A DNA stretch of 63,772 nucleotides, counting the filler, from Octopus bimaculoides (lineage: Eukaryota), in assembly GCF_001194135.2 (NCBI RefSeq). It is 7 parts of 6 records of this genome, joined end to end, with 100 filler letters (N's around TTAATTAATTAA, not from the genome) between each part and the next. Parts side by side here need not be neighbours in the genome. Positions count along the whole stretch, not along the records: positions 6,603 to 17,016 come from NC_068982.1; positions 17,117 to 28,659 come from NC_068986.1; 5 more parts are not named here. One strand, 5' to 3'. Below are positions 12,037 through 23,909 of this stretch, in pieces; the first letter of the stretch is position 1, and each line of letters opens with the position of its first letter. A model generated the notes under the pieces. It saw only the letters and a program-made list of their open reading frames with translations. It made no database searches and was not told where the DNA came from. Both the position numbers and the translations under genes were made by a program.

Positions 12037-12767
12037 TATAGGGCTTTCCTATAAGTAGGTTATCTCCCTTGGCTAGGCGGCGCTCCATGTAGATAATTAA
12101 ACTTCCGGAGGCTAACCCACGCCATTGTTATTGTTTTACGTCTTATCATGGATATAAAGCAGCTTGATGATTCAGCTATCGAAGTACTTACTGTTCCTGA
12201 GTGAAAGAAATATTTAAGATTATATGGACAGTGTGTTACTGGAAGAAAGGCGGACTTGATTGAAAGGTTGAAAGGAATAAAAATTCTGTCGATATGTCAA
12301 CAAAGTAAATTCATCGGACGATAAGTCTGAAGTATCGGATAATACTTCAGACAGGAATAAGCAGAAGCTTATATCTCCTCTCGGTGAAGTATTGCCTGAT
12401 CTAAAGATCTTTGTAAGTTGCTGAATTTCACAGATAACGACATAATTACCTCGTGCTACGGATGAAAGCAAAGCAACAGTTAAGGAGTGGCATATTCTAC
12501 CACGACAGACACGTACACAGCATCGAATACCACGATGTGAGTGAAAGCTGCTCTCACTGTATTGTCCGGTGTCTGGTAATCCCTTCGATACCGACATCAA
12601 ACCAAAAAAAGAATCCTGACCACAGAGTGTGGGTAATTATGTCAAATGTCACTGGCAATGTGCATTCAGCTGATTGCAACTGTTAAAGCAAGTCACTGAG
12701 CATGCGTACATGTCATACGGGAGAGTTCCAATCAGGGGTGGATAACACCTTATAGGAAAGCCCTATA
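12037..12767 (+). mobile_element. Non-autonomous TIR DNA transposon (~730 bp), internal-deletion derivative
   Basis: Perfect 19-bp terminal inverted repeat tatagggctttcctataag (12037-12055 and 12749-12767), extending imperfectly to about 35 bp. Confidence 0.85.
12148..12686 (+). pseudogene. Decayed SAP-domain + truncated SWIM-type ORF inside the TIR element
   Basis: MDIKQLDDSAIEVLTVPE*KKYLRLYGQCVTGRKADLIERLKG (SAP-like). After frameshifts: GEVLPDL..NYLVLRMKAKQQLRSGIFYHDRHV..HCIVRCLVIPS..DHRVWVIMSNVTGNVHSADCNC* (pre-SWIM region ending at CxC). Confidence 0.7.
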
Positions 12768-12921
12768 GGCGAAAACAGGAGATATTTTTTGGTCCTATTA
12801 AACTTTTTCGTCGACTAAAAAAATATTCTTTTCTACATTTTAAACGACATTTTTTACAAATACTTCTTTGGTAATTCTAATTTTCTTTTCCCACATCCAC
12901 TTGTGGTAAGTGTTTGGTTTT

Positions 12922-13080
12922 GTTATAGGCATAAGGCCTGGAATTTTGAGGGGTGGGGTACAGTCGATTAAATCGACCCCAGTGCTTGACTGCTACTTAT
13001 TTCATCGACCCCCAAAGGAAGAAAAGGCAATGTCGACCTCGACGGAATTTGAACTTAGAACGTAGAGACAAGCGAAATAA
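12922..13080 (-). mobile_element. 5'-truncated SINE, family C, with 11-bp TSD
   Basis: TSD tgtttggtttt at 12911-12921 and 13081-13091. Confidence 0.85.
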
Positions 13081-13904
13081 TGTTTGGTTTTAATAATGAA
13101 AGATACAATAAAGAAAAGAGGAGGGTGATAAGAATGTTGTCTTTTTTTTAAATGCGAATTCCAAGTGTTTCAGAATGAGGAATATAATAAAATGACGGAA
13201 AAAAACGAAAAGGAAAGAAACAATACAATTTTAGATATGCTCCCTGCTCTAAAGACACAGTGAGAGGTGGTGGAGAGTAGACGCGTTTATAAAAAAAATG
13301 TGGGCTTAACTTCTATTTTTTTTTTAAAGGTTTCCCAAAATTTTTTTCCATCACACTTTTGAAAATTGTTATACAAAAGAAACTCCAACTTTGGTGGGAC
13401 AACCGTCTGCTATTCCGAAAAACCGCCAAACTTTCATTGACAAATCATTACGAAGAACAATTTGCTCTTGGAAATATCGAATCTTGCTCTTTTACAGCCT
13501 GAGCGCGAGCGCGCACGCACACACTCACACACACACACACACACGCACACTGCGTATAATTAGTAACCGATATTTTCCAAAATACACTCTCAATACTAAA
13601 TTTGAAGTACATACCAGAAGCTGTTTGATACTGCAATGATAGACGAGTATCACAGGTCCATAACTCAACACATTTTAGAAAGCAAAGCAGTCTTTCGGAA
13701 TAGTTGTCACACGTAAGCTGACGGCAAAACAGACTCACTTTGGAAGCAATTGGTAAAACGTCTGTAAAAACGGTAAAGCAAAGTAGAATAAACCAGAAGT
13801 TGTGGGAAAGGTTTGACCAGACAACGATATTGAATAATGGACTGAGAACTAGGCGTGGCCTCTGGTGTGGTATTATCAACAGACACTGTTGTTAATATAG
13901 CATA

Positions 13905-14240
13905 ATAGGCGCAGGCGTAGTTGTGTGTGAGAAGCTTGGTTCTGGGTTCAGTCCCATTGGGTGGCACCTTAGGAAAGTGTCTTCTAATATAGCTTCGGGC
14001 CGACCAAAGCCTTCGTGAATAAATTTGGTAGATGGAAAGTGAAAGAAGCCCGTCGCATGTATATGTGTGTGTGTGTATGTTTCTGTGTGTGTGTGTGTAT
14101 CTATCTGTGTGCGTGTGTTTGTCCTCCACTACCGCTTAACAAGCGGTGTTAGTGTGTTTACATCCCCGTAACTTAGTGGTTCAACAAAAAAGACTGGTAG
14201 AATAAGTGCCAGGCTAAGCAGTTGATTTGTTCGACTTCAA
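13905..14240 (+). mobile_element. SINE, family A, near full length with internal GT tract
   Basis: Head, ggccgaccaaagcc core, microsatellite, then the gtttgtcctcc..ccccgtaacttag..gaataagt tail. Confidence 0.88.
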
Positions 14241-14489
14241 ACCTAACATTTTTAAGGTTAATAAAAAAGTATTGTATTAATATTTTTCCATAAAAACTCC
14301 GCCGCCGTCACTGCCACAACTGAATGAAACATTTTGATTGTGTCTCAATCTAAAAGTCCGTTAATGAATTATGGGTCATAAAAACATGAGAAAATATAAT
14401 TATCAGTAATGTGCTAAGTTTTTTTAATACATCCTAAAGTAAATTAGAATTTTAGTGTGGCTTTAAACTACAGTTCATTTTAACCATCC

Positions 14490-14965
14490 TCCCATCCCTC
14501 TTATTCCACCCCCAGGGAGGGTCGTTGGAATAAGGTCTTCAGATACCTCTCCTTAGGTCCTATCAGAAGCAACTGTCATTACACTATTTGGTTGGATTCC
14601 CAAGCGTGACCAGTTGTGGGTATCGTCCAAGCGTCTCGTTCTTGGTCTACTTCTAGGTCTGGCTCGGTCTGAAGAATTCGTCTCACGATTCTTTTCAGCG
14701 ACATTATAATCACGTCCGTGGTTCTATTGTTGTGGTGATCTCTCACTGCTGGGAAGTAACAGCTCCACTTTGAGAGATTCCTTGATCTCCGAGCTACGCA
14801 CCCTGTCGAGTAACATTACTGCCGGGATCCTTCGGAGGAACTCCATTTTGGCCACTTGTATTCGCGACCGAATTCTTTCAGTTATTATACAACATTTATG
14901 ATCAAATGTGAAGATAAACTCAAAAACCGAATTGAAGACAAGTTCGGCTTTTTTTACCGATTTCT
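14490..14965 (-). mobile_element. RTE LINE (Rex3/Expander-like) C-terminal relic, 3' part
   Basis: ITERIRSRIQVAKMEFLRRIPAVMLLDRVRSSEIKESLKVELLL..RPRSRPRTRRLD..WSRLGIQP. Confidence 0.82.
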
Positions 14966-15706
14966 CCTTTTATGAGGATTGTAGGAATCTTGCAGGCGTG
15001 AAGTGGATTCGATCCACTATACACAAATTTGAATTAACACTGCGTCAGAACTTTTCCCGCGGTGGAACAACGGTTTTGATCTGACAGCAGTTAGATATGT
15101 CCCAGACACCTTTAGCTAGGCCGGAGCGGTGTCTCCACCACTTGACCCTTTTCTGACCTCTTCTACCCCATCAAATCTAGAATAGAATCCTTTGTTCTCA
15201 CTATCCTTGATGGCTATAAAAACAGGAGACCACAAGTAAAGTTTCTCTTTAGTCACCCATCGGTGACGCCTCAACAGGCTAGTCACCAATCGGTGACGAC
15301 TCAAGGAGAACGAAGTCTGGCTGACCAACTACAACCTTGGCCAGAGGGAAAAATGAAGTTACTGTCAGCCACTGTGAGACAACGTCGCACACGCTATAAC
15401 TATCACTAGCATTTCCTTTTCTCTATAACACTACCATCTCTCTCTATATATAATTACTACTATGAGAAAGTGTACATACAGATACAGGCCGAAATTCTTT
15501 ACTCAGCATGCTTTACGTACAAACTGTTATACTATTACACTGGCCTACCCGTCGTGGTATGGCAACATATAAAGTAACGGTAAATAAATATTTCTATAAA
15601 AATGTTGATTAGCTTCATCGTTCATCTTATAACCAGTACAATTGGTAAATAATACTTATCGTTACAATGGGCGACACATCGACTACACAACACAAAAATA
15701 TAACCG

Positions 15707-15985
15707 TTACAGGATCGAATGCAGAAGATGACGCATTACTGTCCCACCGCCTTCAGATCCAGTTTCTTGCTTTTCATCACTTGTGAATACGGCCCTGAGA
15801 TACTTAAACCTCTCTTCTTGCTTCGGTGATGTTCCATTAACATGCAGTGTTGCTTGGGAAAACTTCTTTGAGCTGACCAATGTCTCAGTCTTCACAAAAC
15901 TTATTCTCATCCCGGTCTTGTAGTATTTGGCGATGAACCCACGTGGTGCATACTGGAGATCCCCTTCTGGCGAGCCAAACAGAAC
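15707..15985 (-). mobile_element. Same RTE LINE, RT C-terminal part (separated by a ~740-bp insert)
   Basis: GDLQYA..KTGMRISFVKTETLV..PKQEERFKYLRAVFTSDEKQE..TVMRHLLHSI; collinear with 14490-14965. Confidence 0.8.
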
Positions 15986-16127
15986 TATTTTGGAACTTCA
16001 CACTCTTCTTCGTTTTGAGAACTGATTAAAGCTTCCCAAACAAAAGGATGAATGATGTCATCACGTGGATCTTCTTCATCTTCGTCATCCTCCCTCTACA
16101 GTAGTACATCAACCACCTCTTCGTCAG

Positions 16128-16192
16128 TGTTGTCCCGGAACCAAGTGATTGGGAAGCAAAATTCTTACCACACAGTCACGTCTGCACCTATC
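16128..16192 (-). mobile_element. SINE family A head fragment
   Basis: cccggaaccaagtgattgggaagcaaaattcttaccacacagtcacg. Confidence 0.7.
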
Positions 16193-16584
16193 ACACGTTA
16201 GATATGATAAACAGATGACTATTTATTCAAGTATTGTTTCAAGAGAAATTTTCTGAGGCAGAATACACATTATTCGTGTTGTGCAGAAAAATAATGTTTT
16301 TTTTTTTCTACGGATTTACATATTCATAACTATCAACACGGGACCAGTGAACAGAAGCAAAATTTACGAAGGCACCTGATCCTAACAAAAGATGCAGACG
16401 ACTGTATTTATAATTTGTTGATCGTATGATATTAAATTTTACTCTAAATATTATTCCAAACATGAAACAATATCATTGTTTAAAAACTGTTTACAGGTGT
16501 TATTTGGGTAAGTTAGGGGGACAACTTGGGGCCTCGGAACGAAACCTATTTTTCCCATGTCTTCTGTTAACCATTTTTTTGTTT

Positions 16585-16740
16585 GTTTGTTTCAATCATC
16601 AGACTGCGGCCATGCTGGAACATCGCCTTGAAGATTTTTTTTAGTTTAATGAATCGACCCCAATGCTTATTTTTTAAAGCCTGGTACTTATTCCATCAGT
16701 CTCTTTTGCTGAACTGTTACGTTACACACCAACACACACG
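16585..16740 (-). mobile_element. SINE family A tail fragment
   Basis: gactgcggccatgctggaacatcgcc..atcgacccc..ctggtacttattcc..cttttgctgaac. Confidence 0.8.
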
Positions 16741-17116
16741 CAGATATGTAGGGGGGGGCGAAATGCGGCCTCCTGGCACCAAAACAGTTCCAACGGCCAA
16801 GTCAAAAGCTAGCAAACCGCAGGCCAGCCCAGCAAGCCAACTTGGAATTTGTCGCACCCAGCTGGATGTCTTGCGTAATGTGGTTCTTTGTCACCCAGGT
16901 TCACTTCGACTGGTCACGTCACATCTTTTCTCCCAACTGTCTTCGTCCCCTGAATTCACACTGAGTATACTTCCTTCGTCGCCTGACTTCACATCACCAA
17001 CTCTGCCAACTGTTCTNNNNNNNNNNNNNNNNNNNNNNNNNNNNNNNNNNNNNNNNNNNNTTAATTAATTAANNNNNNNNNNNNNNNNNNNNNNNNNNNN
17101 NNNNNNNNNNNNNNNN

Positions 17117-17157
<41 letters not shown>

Positions 17158-17499
17158 TATACATATGAATGTATGTATATGTGCATTGAATTTATGTGTG
17201 CGTATACTTATATGTATGTTTTACAAGTTTATTTAATCAGATTCCTTACAAGATGAGAGAGATCCGGATTCTAACCTAGAAACAAAGCTCTTTCCTTGGA
17301 ATTGAGACATGGGAAAGACAGCCTTGTTTGTATGCACATATATATGTATGTATATATGAACACATGTATGTATGCATGCATGTAAGAAAGCATGCATGCA
17401 TGTAAGAAAGCAAATAACAATGTATGCATATAGATATGTTTCTGTGCATCACACATGAATGCAAGCGCGGATGTCGTTGATTATGCGAATCTTATTAAG

Positions 17500-18720
17500 T
17501 ATTAAATCTTTTGAATGTCTTACATACTTTGACAGGTGTCTTTAATGGTTTGTAGCGGTAATCCCTTGCTTACCCGTTTTCTTTCTGGTTTTCTGAAACG
17601 CAGCTTCTCAAGATTGCTGCAGAGGTTATAACACATGAGACGTGTTCTAATAAATCTAAAGCTATAAACAGGAAGGAATAACAGCAGATTTCATATAAGT
17701 TCTGCTTAGAGCTTGTCTTTTTACTAAACTTTAACATTACGTTAACATCTACTGGACAACTAAGCTCAGCTACTGTTCACAGTTACTTTTCTCTGCTCCA
17801 GATCTCGTTAGCTTTACTTGCCTTTTATTGATGTCTTCTGAGGTGAATTCCATCACTACTCTTCCATATAATGTGTATTTATCTCCTCGCATCCCTCTAG
17901 CTTCCTCTGCGTGTATCCACAGTTATCATTTCATTATTCCTTTTCTCCGCTACAGATCTTGTGTCTATTGTACTTGCTTTTAATTGAAGTATTCTCATAA
18001 CATTCTACCATAACTATTTCAAATTATGTGCATTTATGCCCTCCACACTACAGCTTTATATATGTACTTCCTCGGTATTATCCTTTCTGCAGAGTTTGTT
18101 TTATAATGTTCTAGCCATGAAGTCATGCCTTGAAGGCAGGTAATATCGTGTCGATATTCTTAGAAAAATACTCAAGATGAGTAACGTCTTCACTATTAAT
18201 TCTACAGATTCTGCATCGATTGTCAGAGCTAGATGGTTTACCTGCATCCTTATCTTCTTTTGTGCATTACGTATTTTTGTGGATATTTCCTCATCCTATA
18301 TTATATTGAAATGCATATGCTGCCTTTATTTGAATTAAGTTTGAAAAATGTTGCCTCTCACAGCATAGAAACATTTCTCATGGATGCAGCAGACAAAATG
18401 GAAATGGCGTTCCCCGGAGGATGGCGAGGGAGGCGTCGTATCTTTTCAAAGTGAGAGCTAATGTTTTGGTTGCTAGTCAAAGCCACACTACTCTGTTTAT
18501 CAATGCTACTGTTATTTTGATGCTTTATGGGAATATAGCCATGTGTGGACGTTTGCTGGTATGTATTCAGCTTCTGTTTTGAAGATCTATCCATTGCACT
18601 AAATTTTAACTTCTCTCCGTTCCTACTCTGGTTATCACCTACGGAATATTTTATATGAAGATCTTTTATGACTCTCATATCATCTGCCTCATCTACGAAG
18701 ACTTAATCCATAACTGGACT
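17500..18720 (-). mobile_element. R4/Dong-like non-LTR retrotransposon C-terminal relic (CCHC knuckle + REL nuclease)
   Basis: YQQTSTHGYI..IDKQSS..SHFE..EISTK..DKDAGKPSSSDNRCRICRINSEDVTH..RYYLPSRHD..ELSCPVDVNV, with many stops and frameshifts. Confidence 0.7.
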
Positions 18721-18985
18721 TCGATATTTGGTGTTTAGTAGTGGGAAATATCGAGTTTTAACATTGTTAGCCCATATCCCATTAGCGTTTGATAAAGTAG
18801 TCCAAATTTTAGTATGGGTAATGATATAACAAATATATTGTAGTTCGTTTTTGGATTTGGTTTGCAAGATTTTTTGTGTTGAAGCATATTCTGTCGTGTC
18901 TGGGGAGAGTCATTTTCTTTTCGTGCCTTAAAATTTAACACACTCACCGTTAAAATTTCCACTTATTATTTTTATTTTCCTAAAA

Positions 18986-19053
18986 TTTTCGTTGCGTCTT
19001 GCAATCTTTTCAATAGTCAAGACTATTGAAAAGGTTGCAAGACGCAACGAAAA
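18986..19053. repeat. Near-perfect palindrome, 33-bp arms, 2-nt loop
   Basis: ttttcgttgcgtcttgcaatcttttcaatagtc-aa-gactattgaaaaggttgcaagacgcaacgaaaa; one mismatch (G:T). Confidence 0.97.
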
Positions 19054-19296
19054 CATATTGTAGGTTATTCATTTATTACACTTATGAAGTTGTGAGGAAC
19101 ACATTTTCTTTATCTTGATGATATATTTTTCTTATGCGTTCGCGATTACATGTTCTATCATAAGTATTTTCGGCTATTATGTATGTATATCTGTTTGTAG
19201 TCATGAAATCATTCTTACACATATACACACACGAACTCACGCACTCGCACACACAGATATACATGCATAGGTGTATGTATATACATACACATTTAC

Positions 19297-19377
<81 letters not shown>

Positions 19378-20374
19378 NNNNNNNNNNNNNNNNNNNNNNN
19401 NNNNNNNNNNNNNNNNNNNNNNNNNNNNNNNNNNNNNNNNNNNNNNNNNNNNNNNNNNNNNNNNNNNNNNNNNNNNNNNNNNNNNNNNNNNNNNNNNNNN
19501 NNNNNNNNNNNNNNNNNNNNNNNNNNNNNNNNNNNNNNNNNNNNNNNNNNNNNNNNNNNNNNNNNNNNNNNNNNNNNNNNNNNNNNNNNNNNNNNNNNNN
19601 NNNNNNNNNNNNNNNNNNNNNNNNNNNNNNNNNNNNNNNNNNNNNNNNNNNNNNNNNNNNNNNNNNNNNNNNNNNNNNNNNNNNNNNNNNNNNNNNNNNN
19701 NNNNNNNNNNNNNNNNNNNNNNNNNNNNNNNNNNNNNNNNNNNNNNNNNNNNNNNNNNNNNNNNNNNNNNNNNNNNNNNNNNNNNNNNNNNNNNNNNNNN
19801 NNNNNNNNNNNNNNNNNNNNNNNNNNNNNNNNNNNNNNNNNNNNNNNNNNNNNNNNNNNNNNNNNNNNNNNNNNNNNNNNNNNNNNNNNNNNNNNNNNNN
19901 NNNNNNNNNNNNNNNNNNNNNNNNNNNNNNNNNNNNNNNNNNNNNNNNNNNNNNNNNNNNNNNNNNNNNNNNNNNNNNNNNNNNNNNNNNNNNNNNNNNN
20001 NNNNNNNNNNNNNNNNNNNNNNNNNNNNNNNNNNNNNNNNNNNNNNNNNNNNNNNNNNNNNNNNNNNNNNNNNNNNNNNNNNNNNNNNNNNNNNNNNNNN
20101 NNNNNNNNNNNNNNNNNNNNNNNNNNNNNNNNNNNNNNNNNNNNNNNNNNNNNNNNNNNNNNNNNNNNNNNNNNNNNNNNNNNNNNNNNNNNNNNNNNNN
20201 NNNNNNNNNNNNNNNNNNNNNNNNNNNNNNNNNNNNNNNNNNNNNNNNNNNNNNNNNNNNNNNNNNNNNNNNNNNNNNNNNNNNNNNNNNNNNNNNNNNN
20301 NNNNNNNNNNNNNNNNNNNNNNNNNNNNNNNNNNNNNNNNNNNNNNNNNNNGTGTGTGTGTGTGTGTGTGTGTA

Positions 20375-20402
20375 TCGATAGATAGATAATAGATAGATAG
20401 AC

Positions 20403-20443
<41 letters not shown>
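20375..20443. repeat. (GATA)n microsatellite
   Basis: Direct reading. Confidence 0.95.
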
Positions 20444-21222
20444 TACCAGTGGCATGAACTCAAGGTATACAACTGAAGAACTGCATGCCCATTTATTTTG
20501 CTAATATACATTCCCAAATAAATTTTTAAAGTTCATCTCATTTCTTAAACTACATTGAAAAGTTCTCTAGCCAAATTGCTAGAAAAAAAACTCAGATACG
20601 AAAAGAATATTTCTTTGATTAGAGAAGCCATTTCAATTCTAATTCCTCATCCCGTGAAATACCGTCGAACGGCATGCAATTTCGAAAATGCTTGTAACTT
20701 CTCTCTTTGTCCTCCTCCTCATCTCTCTCTCTTTTCCTCTCTCTTTCTCTCTCACTCTCTTTCTCTCTCTCCTTCTCTCTCTCTAGCTGCCATATCTCTC
20801 AATTACGATCTGTCAGTTCTTCGTATTTGATGTCACTAAACAATCAACTGACTTGATGGTTGAATGGTCTAAAAGCGATAACCGTTTGACCTCGATTGAA
20901 ACGCATGGAAAAGCACTGAATCTAAAAACAGAAGCGATTTAGCCCCTCACATATAATTTTTAGTCTATTAGCTGATACTTCTCAGACCACAAACGTTTTG
21001 CAAAATGAAAATGATGATATACGTGGTAAACATACAGATTGTTTTATTTTCTCTCTGATATTTAATGTCCCACAAAAAAATACATTGTTACATTTTTTAT
21101 TGTTGCTCTGGTTAAGCAATTAACCCTCGGTGATTTACTAAAATTTTCTTCCGTTTAATTCAAGTTGATTTTCAATCTACACACACAACCACACACTCAA
21201 CACTACACTTACGCACATACGC

Positions 21223-21277
<55 letters not shown>

Positions 21278-21287
21278 NNNNNNNNNN

Positions 21288-21350
<63 letters not shown>

Positions 21351-21539
21351 TCCACACACTAAGACATGCACGTACTTGGTTTTCAAATATTTTTTGAACT
21401 TTCGAAATATTCTTCCAATTGTCTGAAATGTGTATTATAGAAGAACTTTTGAAAAAGAGTTATTTTAAAGACAGACTTTGAAGGTAAACAATTACATGAT
21501 GACTTACAGACTAACATTTAAATTAACTTAGTTGCGATA

Positions 21540-23490
21540 TTCCTATAAATGTATTAGAGAATTTTAGATTAATCTACATGAAATGAAAATATGATTAACT
21601 GGAATAGTTAAATTATTCTACTGGCCATGCTTGTTATCTTGTTTAGAAAATAACTGTTTTGTGTTATAAAGGTTACAGTAATTTAAATAATCAACACATA
21701 GAAATGTTAGAACATGAATGTTCTCAAAGACAAAATCCTTGAGAGAGCTTAAAGCAATTGCGAATGTTCGTGGAGAGTTACTATCAAATGCACATAAATA
21801 ACAGAGTATACAACATAATCAACTTAACCTAAACGGCGCTATTCTGCAACGATTGATTGATCTACTTTTGCTTTTTAGATCACCAGGAATTATCATTACT
21901 GGGTCACTTGGAATTTGAAGAATCCAATAAGCTGGAGAAATGTAGAGAACTCATATTCAATTGGTAAGTATGATGAAAAATTAGCAAGCCATCCAAATAC
22001 TGGCTCTGTTTTCAAGGGTCACTCAGACGGAATTCATATTAACTTTATTGATGCGTTTCAAAAGATTATGGTCAATGAAATAGAACATGAACTTAAGCAA
22101 GCTAAATTTGTAGCCATTCTTAGACATAAAACGTCCTATGTATTGAACTGCTCACAGTTGTCAATTGTTTTGAGCTGTGTTATAAAAGATTGAGTTATTA
22201 AAGAATGATTTATTAGTTTCAAAGATGTTAGAGTACATCGTTCATCAAATGCTTTATCTGAACATGCTTTTAAATTCATTAAAATATGGAAGTGTGAAAA
22301 CAAATTAATTGCACAATCCTATGATGTGTCGCTCCAATTACATAGGTGGAAGTCAAAGAAAAGAGAGAAATATGAATATGCAGTCATTGTTGTGCTCAAA
22401 TTTTTAGCTAACTTATTTTACAAGCATGCGCTGCTATAAAAGAACGCAAGATATTTTTTCGACAATTAATAGACTGTATAGGTTTTTTACGAAATTACCT
22501 AAGAGCCAGTGCGTTACATAATATTGTTTACAAGATTTCCAAAAGCAACAATAACCAGATGGAATTACTCCTAATGCCTAATTATTGCTGCAAAAGATAT
22601 TTGTGATTATCTAAACATCTTTTTAGAGACACTGAAAATCCTGAAGCATAGGATGGGATTACTATAAATTCTGAAATTGGATTTTTGCAGAATTTAAAAG
22701 ATCCGGATTTCTTATATTTATTAAAAGTATTTTGTGAAATATTTTTCTTCACTGATATTTCATTTAACAAACTTCGGACTAAAACTTTAACATAGTGTAT
22801 TGTAAAAAGAAAACACATAAAACTAGAACCATGCTCGAAAATGAAGTAGACGATTTTCCAGTATTTTATGATAAGTTGAGGGAGACCATGGAATCGATGC
22901 AGCCATCCAAATCAAGATTTTCAGGAATAGTTCTACTCACCTACAACATGACAGCATATTCCACAACAAAATTGTTGTTGACTAATTAAAAATTAGATAT
23001 TTATTCTAGGAAAAGCTTCAATTCGTGGAACTTTTCAATTTTAGCAAAGCAGAAAAATTTGCGCGACAAATTTCAAGTAGATGCTTCAAATTATAGAAAA
23101 ACCACTTAGGGTAGATTGTTTTCTTCTATAGACTTCATTTACAGAATGAATTAAATATTCATTCGAAGATTTTAAAAAGCAAAGCTTGTGTAATTTAATG
23201 CATTACATTTATATCAATAATCTTATTGAAGCTGTTTCAGATTTCTTCAATATTTGCAATTTGATTTTGACAATTCCTTTATCAACTGCCTGTGTAGAGC
23301 GGTCCTTTTCTTCATTAAAAAGAATTAAAACTTACCAAAGAAATACAACAAAAGAGAAATTATTTTCAAGGTTAACTCTTATGTCAATGAAAAACGATTT
23401 ACTCCAGCAAATTTAAATAGATTTCTTTAAGAATGTAATAAATAGATTAGATCTGAAAAGTTGAAAAACTGAATTAATCTATAAATGAGA
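21540..23490 (+). pseudogene. hAT transposase pseudogene (ZMYM1/DUF4371-like with hAT dimerisation domain)
   Basis: N-terminal KLFYWPCLL zinc-finger-like piece; IGKYDEKLASH..EIEHELKQAKFVAIL..SQLSIVL..KLIAQSYD; C-terminal LILTIPLSTACVERSFSSLKRIKTYQRNT. Many stops and frameshifts. Confidence 0.88.
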
Positions 23491-23909
23491 GAAATAGATA
23501 ATTTTTTGAACGTCCCTAAATGGTCTCTCTTCATGAAATAATTGCCAAAATAATTTAGCTCAAAAGTTACTGCTTGCCACATATGTATATGGATTTCCTT
23601 AATTTTATGTTCATGGATGCTGGAACCAATATCGTATTTTACATTGTAGACTCCTTAATCCCTCAATGAACTGGTAACTAATATTATCTTGGATTAAGGA
23701 TATTCCTTATTTCTCTCTCTTAGATGACAGAATGAATACCTTACTGATATCATATCTCCCTGATTAGCAATTATAGAAACAACTGCAAAAGATTTTACAT
23801 ATCTAATATCACAACTCCTGACTATGTTTGAATTACAAATTAAATGCTCTAAAGCGATACCACATGTTTTGCTTGTTCGTTCTCTGTTTTTAATATATAT
23901 GTATATATG

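Noticed and set aside
14500-14534. 9-bp stem-loop at the RTE 3' end
   Set aside because: Overlaps the end of the coding frame; a short AT-rich stem could be chance.
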